64,000 nt of DNA from contig NC_086109.1 in the NCBI RefSeq assembly GCF_963921235.1, positions 95,356,001-95,420,000 on the forward strand. The letters run 5' to 3'. Within the stretch, counting starts at the first letter, position 1. Every line of letters starts with the position of its first letter. Shown here one piece after another: positions 27,111-37,379 of the stretch. Below the pieces are notes generated by a model, which was not told the origin of the DNA, ran no database searches, and saw only the letters and a program-made list of their open reading frames with translations. The DNA is from Mobula hypostoma. Its lineage: Eukaryota. A program made the position numbers and the translations under genes.

Positions 27111-28391
27111 TGAATCTTCATTATATGTACCTTGATACATGCATTGTTCATATAACTTAATTGAGAAATTTGGGATGTGAGCATGTGACGTAGAATAGCT
27201 AATCAGCCTTATGACCTACTAAAAGACGAGGGGAGAGAAGACATTCAACCAGCACAAGACGATACTGAATGCTTGGAATCAGTGCACAAATCAAACAATG
27301 GTCAAAACTACACTTGGATAATCAATACACATGTGGAAGTTGTTGGAAGTTTCTAATTATGACAATGAAGCTAAAATATTAATATGGGTTGATGAGTTAA
27401 GCATGAACCCCACAGGTTGGACACAAGATGAGGCCCAATTTGGAGTATTGTTTGCAACTACCTACAAGAAAGGTATTGCCAATCTTGAAAGAGTGCAGAG
27501 GAAGCCTACAAGGATGTTGCCAGGATTTGACGACCTGGATTATAGGGAAGGGTTATATTGGTTAGGACTTTATTCCTAATAGTACTGGAGAATAAGGGAA
27601 GATTTGATAGAGATATACACAATTATGAGGTGTATAGATAGGGTAAATGCAAACAGGCTTTTTCCCTCAGGTTGGGTGAGACTAGAACTAGAGACTTATG
27701 ATGAAAGGTGAAACATTCAAAGGGAATCTGAGGTGAAACTTCTTCACTCAGAAGGTGGTGCAACTGTGGAAAGAGCTGCCAGTAGAAATGGTAGATGCGG
27801 GTTCAATTGTAAGACTTAAAGAGAAGTTTTGATAGATACATGGATGAGAGGGATAATGTCTGGGTGCAGGTGTATGGGACTTGGCAGATTTGGTTGGCAT
27901 GGACGAGATGAGCTGAAGGGCCTACCTCTGTGCTGTGGTGCTCCATGACTATATTGCTGAGATAAATATTTAGTTTGCTAAGTATAGCAACTTGGTATTA
28001 AATGGAATAAGCACAAGAAGAGAGCATGATGGTCAGTTATTATACTGACTAAAGAATGTTTATAACTTGCAGACTGTGAAGTTCAGAGAATGCGTGAGGA
28101 ACTGGTATCATTGGTTCCTCAATTAACATTCAGGATGTGTTCCCAGAAAATAGTGCTAATTGAATTAGCTCTAAAAGGGGTTATTACATAGTGCACTTTC
28201 ATTGGCTGAGTGCCAGTGACATTTGTGTTCCCATTGGCCAAACTAACATGGACAACTTGACCACGACCCACAATCTTTCTGGTAAACAGCTAAATTTTTG
28301 CAATCTACTTTTTTTTGGTCTATTAATATTTTCCCCAGCACAAGAACAGTATAATGAATCCATATTCTGCAGAATACCAGCATACTAATTC

Positions 28392-30011
28392 CCTCACCGC
28401 TCATTTTCACTATGGATGTCCAGTCCTTGTACATTTCTATCCCTTGTCAAGAAGACCTTAAATCTCTCCACTTCTTTCTCAACAAAAGAACAAACAAGTT
28501 ACCCTCCACCACCACCCTTCTCCGTCTGGCAGAACCAGTTCTCACCCTCAACAATTTCTCTTTCAGCTCCTACTACTTTTTTCAGACTCAGGGGGTAGTC
28601 ATGGGCACTCTCATGGGCCCCAGCTAAGCCTGTCCTTTTGCTGGCTCTGTAGAACAGTTCATTTTCCAATAATGCTCTCCAACTCTCCCTCCACTACATT
28701 GATGACTGCACTGGTGCTGTTTTATGCACCCACGCTGAACTTGTCAATTTCATCAACTTTGCCTCGACTTCCACCCTGCCCTTAAATTCACTGACACCTC
28801 CCTCCCCTTTCTCTCTCTCCCCCCATCTCTGGAGATAAAATGTCGACCAATGTCTTTTATAAACCTACTGATTCTCACGGTTATCTTGACTATACCTCTT
28901 CCCACCCTATCTCCTTTAAAAATCTATTCCCTTTTCTCTGTCTCTGCCACATGTTCCCAGGATGCAACTTTTCTTTCCAGGACATCAGAGATGTTCTCCT
29001 CCTAAGGATAAGATTTCCTTTCCTCCACCATTGATGCTGTCCTCACCCGCATCTCCTCCATTTTCTGAACATCTGCACTTACCCCATCTTCCCGCTGCCT
29101 CAACAGTTCCTCGTTACCTACCACCCCATGAGCCTCCACATCCAACACATCATTCTCCACAGTTTCCACCATCTCCAAAGGGACCCTACCACCAAATATA
29201 TCTTTACTTCCCCCCTTCCACAGGCATCCTTTCCTCCATGATTCCCTTGTCCATTTGTCCCTCCCCCAGTAATCAAAGTGCTACACCTGCCCATTCACAT
29301 CCTCCTTTACCCTCCATTCTAGACCTCAAGCAGTCCTTCCAGCTGAGGCAACACTTCACTGCGAATCTGCTGGGATTGTATATTGTGTCCAGTGCTCCAG
29401 ATGTGGCCTCCTCTACAATGGTGAAACCCGTCGTACTTGGGGAACAACTTTATCGAGAACCTCTGATCCATCCACCAGAAGTAGAACCTCCCAGAGTCCC
29501 AACATTCTAATTCTGTTTCCCATTCCTGATCTAATATGTCATTTCATGGTCTCCTCTTGAACAACGATGAGGCCACCCTCAGGGTGGACAAGCAACACTT
29601 CATATTCCATCTGAGTAGCCTCCAACCTGATGGCAGGAATATATATTTCTCTTTCCAGTAAGGTTAAAAAAAACTCCCTCCCCTCCTCTTCTTCTTTCCC
29701 GCACTCTGACCCCTTACCTCTTCTCACCTGCTTAGCACCTCCCACTGGGTTCCCTCCTCTTTCCCTTCCTCATATGGTCCACTCTTCTATCAGATTCCTT
29801 CCTCCCAGCCCTTTACCTTTCCTACCCACTTGGCTTCACCTATCACTTTCTAGCTACCCTCCTTCCCCTCCATCCACCTTTTTACTCTGGCGTCTTCCCC
29901 TTTCCTTTCCAAACCTAAAGAAGGGTCTCAGACCAAAACATTGGTTGGTTGTTCATTTCTATGGATGCTGTCTGATCTGCCAAGTTCCTCCAGCATTTTT
30001 TGTGTGTTGCT
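28392..30011 (+). mobile_element. Degenerate Penelope-like element (RT, GIY-YIG and terminal repeat)
   Basis: MDVQSLYISIP, LTLNNFSF..QTQGVVMGTLMGPS, YIDD (~28696) and VFYKPTDSHGYLDYTSSHP. The terminal repeat is at ~29900-30011. Confidence 0.88.
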
Positions 30012-30321
30012 ATTAACTACATCTTCAAGGAATCGACTAACAAGGGATGGTTCTCAAAACAACAGATTTAGGATTCAGAGAAAAAGGGAAAATTTAAAGA
30101 CGGGCCAAGGGCACTTCTAACAATGTACAAGAGTGAATATATCAAAATCCCAGATAGTTACCTTAGATCAACCTGGGGCACAAATAATCTATTCAGGGGC
30201 CAACAAGAAGGGACTAAACTGTGGACCTAGGACAATTTGCTGCTAGGATTAACATTAGATCTTAAAATAAGTGCCTTAGCTATGATGGAAATGTAGTGCA
30301 AATAGGAGCTCTAGGAATGAG

Positions 30322-30387
30322 GGTTCAACAGCTAGCAATAACAATAATGGTTCAACAGCTAGCAATAACAATAATGGTTCAACAGCT
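30322..30387. repeat. 27-bp tandem repeat, 2.4 copies
   Basis: Unit GGTTCAACAGCTAGCAATAACAATAAT. Confidence 0.9.
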
Positions 30388-30819
30388 TGCCCTACAGAGA
30401 ATGGAGATAAGGGGAAATGAAATAAGATTTCAGACTCTCCACAACAAAGCAGAGGAGCTAACATTTGCCACGCCTGAGCAGAACCACAAAAATTGTTAAA
30501 AACTCTGTGTTCTTGAAAAGGTACCAAACTGAGATCTTTTCTCTTATATTTGCTCAAATAAAATCTTCGCTTCTGTGAAATCCATGTAAGTGGTCTTTAT
30601 CACATATTCAGGTTGAGAATGAAATAAGGAACAGAAATGAGTAAGGTTCATTCATAAAGGGAGGTTACCTGAGCACTGGACTACCACTTGCAATTGGTCT
30701 CCATGATACATCTGTGAAAGAAAAGGATATAACTCCAAGTGGGAGAAGACTAGTGGGGCATTATAACACGGTCCATGCACCATTTAATAAGATCATAGCT
30801 AATCTCACTCAAACTTGCA

Positions 30820-31185
30820 TTCAGTGAAGGAAAGACCAAGAAATTGATTGTGGACTTCAGAAAGAGGAAGTCAAAGGAACACACACCTGTCTACATCGAT
30901 GGATCAGCAGTGGAAAGGGTGAGCAGTTTCAAGTTTCTAGATGTCAACATCTCTGAAGATTTATCCTGGGCCCAATGTATTGATGCAATTACGAGGAGGG
31001 CATGCCAGTGGCTACATTTCTTCAGTGTTTGAGGTGATTGATTATGTCAGCAAAGACTAGCAAATTACTACAGATGTGCTGTAGAGAATATTCTGACTGG
31101 CTGCATCACCATCTGGTATGGAGGGGCCACTGCACAGGATCAGGAAAAGCTGCAGAAGGTTGTAAACTCAGCCAGCATCATTATG
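30820..31185 (+). mobile_element. Rex/Babar-like LINE fragment
   Basis: KTKKLIVDFRK..HTPVYIDGSAVERVSSFKFL..NISEDLSW. Confidence 0.75.
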
Positions 31186-31218
31186 GAACATTATTATTGT
31201 GATAGCAAGACCCTGTTG

Positions 31219-31410
31219 CCGGCCGGTGGTGTAGTGGCATCAGCACCAGACTTCAAGGCCAGTGGTCCTAGGTTCGAATCCAGCCAGCTCCTTGCACGCT
31301 TTCCATCTGTGTTGGATTGAGCATCGAGCTAGCAACTTAGACTCGTAAAAGAACGATAAAATACTGAAGAAAGGACAAGGATGTGCCACAAGGAGAGGAG
31401 AGGAATAATA
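31219..31410 (+). mobile_element. tRNA-derived SINE with 13-bp TSD
   Basis: A box TGGTGTAGTGG and B box GGTTCGAATCC. CAAGACCCTGTTG is duplicated at 31206-31218 and 31411-31423. Confidence 0.85.
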
Positions 31411-31807
31411 CAAGACCCTGTTGGACATTGGTAATGTAGAATACTGAAAATCCAGTATTGGTGAGATTGACGGTGGAGGAGCTGCGTAGCTTTGGTTGTT
31501 GTGCAAAGTGCTCATACCAGAAGCTGTGTAGGAGAGAGCAAAGGCCCCTCCTGTCAGTACTGCCCTCCAGTGTTTACTCGGTGAGCGACAAGCTGGATTG
31601 CGTTCATCTGCAGCTGTACTTGCACGTGATAAGGAACTGCAGTGTGCTTGTTCTTGTGGAAACATGGCTACATGACAACATCCCATGCACCATCAATCTA
31701 CAGGCTAGAACACTCGGGGACTTGGGCTACAATTTTTCTTTGTGACTGTGTTTTTCTGCTATCGTAACTATATGTGCTAAGTGCTGTGTGGTGTGTGGCT
31801 GTTGATA

Positions 31808-32570
31808 CAGGCTGAGCACCCCTTATTTGAAATGCTTGAGCCGTGTGTCTTTCAGATTTTGGAATATTTCCATCTATATAATGAGATACTTTGGAATGAG
31901 ACCCAAGTCTAAACCCAAAATTGAATTATGTTACATACAGAGCTTACACATATACCCTGAAGGTAGTTTTATATAATATTTTAATAATTTTGTGCATGAA
32001 ACTATAAACCATCAGAAAGGTAAGCTATCACTACCTCAGCTGCCCAGGTGGACATTCAGTGGCTGTCTGACATCGTCAACTCTGAATTTTATGTGTTACT
32101 GGTGACCAGACTTTGTCTTACACCTGCTCATCACACATATGTACATAACAGTAAAAATTATTCCATATCTTAATATAATGAAAGTATAGTATATACAGGG
32201 TAACAAAAGCAGCACTGCAGCATCAGGGGAATTGCTGTTGAACAACAACAAACAATGGCAGGCTTTCAGTCTCCACCTATGATGCAAAACAACAGGAATT
32301 CTGCAGATGCTGGAAATTCAAGCAACACACATCAAAGTTGCTGGTGAATGCAGCAGGCCAGGCAGCATCACTAGGAAGAGGTACAGTCGACGTTTCAGGC
32401 CAAGACCCTTTGTCAGGACTCGGCCTGAAACGTCGACAGCACCTCTGTCTAGAGATGCTGCCTGGCCTGCTGCATTCACCAGCAACTTTGATGTGTGTTG
32501 CTCCACCTGTGACGCTGTGTTTTGATTAATAGGTTACAGGACACTATTTGTATTTTACTTTTTTTAGGTT
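31808..32570. mobile_element. Tigger4 (Zombi)-like pogo DNA transposon terminal fragment
   Basis: TA|CAGGCTGAGCACCCCTTATTTGAAATGCTT terminus. The internal GACCCAAGTCTAAAC, CCTGAAGGTA..AATTTTGTGCATGAAAC and GGCAGGCTTTCAGTCTCCACCT match the mammalian Tigger4 consensus as recalled from memory. Confidence 0.7.
32286..32500. mobile_element. Palindromic Penelope-repeat mini-element with 15-bp TSD
   Basis: 81-bp inverted arms at 32321-32401 and 32422-32502. The TSD is CTCCACCTATGATGC / CTCCACCTGTGACGC. Confidence 0.9.
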
Positions 32571-32794
32571 CATGTAAGGTATAAAAACAAGACTGAATTT
32601 AATTACAGAGAAATGTAATGAAAACTGTGAAAAGAAGCAACATTTATTTTTAACGCAAAATGACACTGGTTACATCACACTCAAACATGAAATTTTAGCT
32701 GGAGAACAAATTCAGATTTCATGCAAAAATAATGTGTTTTGTAATGACCAAAAACCGTGTTACAGATAAACACAAAGGCTATAACCATGTTATA

Positions 32795-34785
32795 ACTAAA
32801 CACACCATCACCGACCTTATTAGTTCTAGGGATCTCCCATCCACTGCCACTAACCTCATAGTTCTCGCGCCCTGCACCTCCCGTTTCTACGTCCTACCCA
32901 AGACCCACAAACCTGCTTGTTTCAGATTGTTCCTGCCTCACTGAACTCATATCTGCATACTTCAACGCTGTTTTATCCCAAGTTCAGCCTCTTCCTATCT
33001 ACATCCGTGGCACTTCACATGCTCCGGATCTTTTCAATGATTTCAAGTTCCCTGACCCCGAACATCTTATTTTCAGCATGGACATCAGGTCACCATACAC
33101 CTCCATCCCCCACCAGGAAGGCCTCAAAGTTCTCCATTTCTTTCTGGACACCAGACCCGACCAGTTCTCCTCCACCACCACTACTCTCCTCTGTCTAGCA
33201 GAACTTGTCCTCCCTCTTAATAATTTCTCCTTTGGCTCCTCCCACTTCCTTCAAAAAGGTATAGCCATGGGCACGTGGAACAGTCTATCGTCCCAGCTAA
33301 GCCTGCCTTTTTGTCGGTTACATGGAACAATCTACGCTCGAAGCCTACACTGGTGTCCACCCCACAGTTTTCCTACGCTATATCAAAGACTGCTTCCTGC
33401 ACCCACGCAGAGCCTGTCGACTTCATCAACTTTGCCTCCAACTTCCACCCTGCCCTCAAATTTACCTGGTCCATTTCCGACACCTTCCTCCCCTTTCTCA
33501 CTCTGTCTCTATCGCCGGAGACAGCTTATCTACTGATGTCTATTATAAACCCACGGATTCTCACAGTTACCTAGACTATACTCCTTCTCACCATTAACTG
33601 TAAAAATGCCATTCCCTTCTCTCAGTTCCTCGGTCTCCACTGCATCTGCTCTCAGGATGAGGCTTTTCATATCAGAACTAAGGAGATGTCCTCCTTCTTC
33701 AAAGAAAGGGACTTCCCTTCCTCCACCATCAACGCTGCCCTCAACCGCATCTCTTCCATTTCACGCTCGTCTGCCCTCACCCCATCTCCCGCCACCCCAC
33801 CAGGAATAGGGTTCCTCTTCCACCCCACCAGCCTCCACATCCAGCACATAATTCTCCATAACTTCTGCCATCTCAAACAGAATCCCAGCATCAAGCACAT
33901 CTTTCCCTACCCCCGCTTTCTGCTTTCCGCAGGGATCACTCCCTACACAACTCTCCTGTCCATTCGTCCCTCCCCACTGATCTCCCTCCTGGCACTTATC
34001 CTTGCAAGCAGAACAAGTGCTACACCTGCCCCTATGCCTCCTCCCTCACTACCATTCAGGACCCCAAACAGCCCTTCCAGGTGAGTCGGTTGGAGTCATC
34101 TACTGTATTGAGTGCTCCCAGCGTGGCCTCTTGTATATCAGAGACCTGACGTAGATTGGGAGACTGCTTCACCGAACATCTATGCTCCACCCACCAGAAG
34201 AAGCGGGATCTCCCAGTGGCCACCTGTCTTAATTCCACTTCCCATTCCCATACGTCTATCCATTGCCTCCTCTACTGTTGTGGTGAGGCCACACTCAGGT
34301 TAGAGGAACACCACCTTATATTCCACCTGGGTAGCCTCTAACCTGATGACACCAGCATCAATTTCTTGAAATTCCAGTAATGTTTCCCCATCATTCCCCA
34401 ACCTGTTTTCCATCTCTCATCTTATCTCCTTGCCCGCCCATTGCCTCCCTCTGGTGCTCCTCCCCCTTTTTCTTTCTTCCATGGTGTTCTATCCTCTGCT
34501 GTTAGATCCCCCCTTCTCCAGCCCTGTATCTCTTTCACCAATCAACTTCCCAGCTCTTTACTTCATCCCTCCCCCTCCCGGTTTCACCTGTCACCTTGAG
34601 TTTCTCCTTCCCCTCCCACCCATCTTTTAAAATCTACTCCTCATCTTTTTTCCTCCAGTCCTGCTGAAGGGTCTCGGCCCAAAATGTCAACTGTACTCTT
34701 TTCCATAGATGATGCCGGGCCTGCTGAGTTCCTCCAGCATTTTGTGTGTGTTGCTCAGATTTCCAGCATCTGCAGATTTTCTCGT
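32795..34785 (+). mobile_element. Penelope-like element, long degenerate copy
   Basis: FYVLPKTHKP, MDIRSPYTSIPHQEGL, FLRYIKDC and VYYKPTDSHSYLDY motifs, with a GIY-YIG remnant at ~34095-34200. The terminal repeat CAGTCCTGCTGAAGGGTCTCGGCCCAAAATGTCAACTG is at ~34656. Confidence 0.9.
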
Positions 34786-35639
34786 TAATGCTTCCTTCCT
34801 TTCTTTTCGCTATAGGGGTAACTGCAACCTTTTAGACATTTTTAACAATATTTTCACAGCACCGAGCAGAAAATAAGCACAAGTCACATGGTAATCACTG
34901 TGAGTAATGCACGAAGGTCTGGCTATTATGACTGTGGAAACAAACTGGCGCCAACAGAGCCCCACTCAGGGTGCCTGAGGTCACTTCACAGAACTCACTG
35001 TGGTGCACAGAGAGACCTGTGGTTCCTCTGGGAGCCTGCCCAGCACCTTGTGGAATTTCCCATTTGTGATGGCATATCAGCACTCAAAAAGTGTTGGATT
35101 TTGGAGGTTTTCGGAGAAGGGGAGCTCAATTGTACTGAGTTTTGCCTTAGCCACAGAGAAGCACTGTATTCATGTGTATGGTTGAATGACAATTTAACTT
35201 GAACTTGAGCCTCCCCACCATGGAGGGCAACTTCAAAAAGCGATGCTTCAAGAAGGCAGCACCCATTACTCTTCACCATCCAGGATATGCCCTCTTCTCA
35301 TTGCTACCATCAGTGAGGATGATACAGGAGCCTGAAGACACACACTCAATGTTTTAGGAACAGCTTCTTCCCCTCTGCCACCAGATTTCTGAATGGACAA
35401 TGAAACCATGAGCACTACTTCACTATTTTGCTCTTATTGCAGTATTTCTTTAAAAAATATTTGTTATTGTAACGTATAGTAACTGCTGCCGCAAAACAAG
35501 TAATAAACCCGATTCTGAAATCGCTGTAACATCACATCCACATTCCTGCCTTCCCTTGCTCACCTTTCACTCTGTTGCATCCACTTTCTCATACTCATTC
35601 CCTGTCTCTGCCTTAAAGCGAAGCCCCTAAACCAGTGTA

Positions 35640-35970
35640 GGTACAGAGACTGCCGAGGCGGGAATCTAACCCTCAGTTCGCCTCGACATCCCTAATCCTC
35701 AGGAGATTTAATTAACTGCAAATCTCCTCTCCTCCGAGCTCGACAACCGAGCACCAGGGGTAGGAGCAGCTGACATAAACATCGGGTGAATTATTCTACA
35801 GCTTGAAGCCATTCCGCTGCGGTGGAGAGACAGGACACCACCTCAGACCGCCATCGAGCGACAGGGGCGCTACCGCGCAGTGCGCGGGAGCCGGAAGTGA
35901 CGCGGGGTCGCATGGGACTGCCGGAAGCCGATGGAGGCGGCCTCAGACGGAGCATTGGGGGGAACGGTGT
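35640..35970. promoter_or_regulatory. CpG-rich promoter, probably of SNAPC5
   Basis: The most CpG-dense unique segment of the window. It has a composite ETS-CRE CCGGAAGTGACG at 35891-35902, a second CCGGAAG at 35921 and GCGCAGTGCGC at 35875, about 1.3 kb upstream of the SNAPC5 ATG. Confidence 0.75.
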
Positions 35971-37181
35971 GGTGCAGGGCTGGTCAACTTCCCAGCTAAA
36001 CTAATCAATTCCTCCTGTACAAGCTCTGCATTCATGCGCCTGTTTAAGAACCTCTTGAACATCCCGATCATATCTGCTTCCTCATTCTGTGTAAAGAACC
36101 TGCCCTGCAACATCCCTTTTGAAATTATCCCCTTGATGCATGCCCGCTGATATCAGACATTTCAAACTTGGGGGACAGATTCTGACGCCGTTCCTGAGAA
36201 AACAACCTGATTCACCCTCTTATTAGCACATTGCCTCTAATCCAGGTAGGGGGCAAGAGGGGGTTCGGGTAGGACTGAGGACCGGGTTAGGGTGGCTGGG
36301 GCTATTACTCAGCGCAGCCTGTAGGTGCAAGGAGCCGGGGCTGTGACTGGAACACCGGAGTACAGCCAGTGAAATCCTGTCATTGCGCCATTGGTTAGTA
36401 GCGACCCTTGGAAAGTTTGCGCTGTCGCCAATACAGGGCAAGATGCTATTACAGTTCGGTGTGTTGGAGTGCAATCCCAGCATCTTCTGTTTGTGCGTCC
36501 TTCTCGTGGAGTGCTCGGGTTTTATCTGGGTGCTCCAGTTATTAAAGGTACCAAAGACCTACCGGTTAGTTGGTTAATTGGTCAATGCCCCGTGATGATG
36601 TTTGGGTTAAATCGGGGGTTGCTGAGCAGCGCAGCTCGAAGGGTTTTTTCTGGACTGTTATCTGGAAATAAGTAAGTACTCCCTTGTTAACCGGGGTTTT
36701 CAGGTGGTTCCTGTGCCTTAAGTATTGTTGAATATACATCCTGGAGTTCCCTCCTTGATACAGTGGATAGTTTAGAAGGTAATTCACTCCTACCATTAAT
36801 ACCATGCGTCTGATCAAAGTTCTCAGTGCCACCCTTAACGCTGTTTCTATATTTTAAGCAATTATGTGCCAGGGATTCTCACAAGTCGGTGAAGATTAAC
36901 TAACACGGTGAATGTGATTCCATCAACAGCTAAACAATCTTTCTCTTTCAGGTACTGACAGATTGGGAACAACTTTGCTTCGTGTCATGCTGCCTTTTTT
37001 TTGGCCTTTCACTAGCAGTGTACGTGACCAAAGCTGCTTATCCCGATCTTCATACTTGAACTGCTGCTCTCGGTGGGAGTGTGGTGTATGAGAGAGAGAG
37101 AGCGACAGCTTATAAAGGTGCAGTAATCCTTGAGTGAATTAAACATCAAGCAGGTGAACTGAGGACTGCTTGGAGCTGAGA

Positions 37182-37271
37182 ATGTTGAGTCGGCTACAGG
37201 AGCTGAAAAAGGAAGAGGAAGCTCTGCTGAAGATCAAAACCACTTTGCAGGATCAGCTAAACAGACTCAAG
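37182..37271 (+). CDS. SNAPC5: snRNA-activating protein complex subunit 5 (SNAP19), coding exon 1
   Basis: MLSRLQELKKEEEALLKIKTTLQDQLNRLK, with donor GTAAAC at 37272. A likely acceptor TTCTCTTTCAG ends at 36951. Confidence 0.95.
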
Positions 37272-37379
37272 GTAAACTCGCAAACAAACAACACCCGCCT
37301 GTGTAAAGAAAAAGATGAACTCTGTCACATGTATATCGAAACACACAGCGAGCCATTCTTGCCACTTCGGCTGTGGCGC

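Noticed and set aside
31219-31290. Possible tRNA gene
   Set aside because: A and B boxes are present, but there is no convincing acceptor stem or poly-T terminator, and the sequence runs into a SINE body bounded by a TSD.
35803-36150. 115-aa ORF across the CpG-rich region
   Set aside because: It has a TTG start and no recognisable domain, and stop-poor frames are expected in GC-rich promoter DNA.
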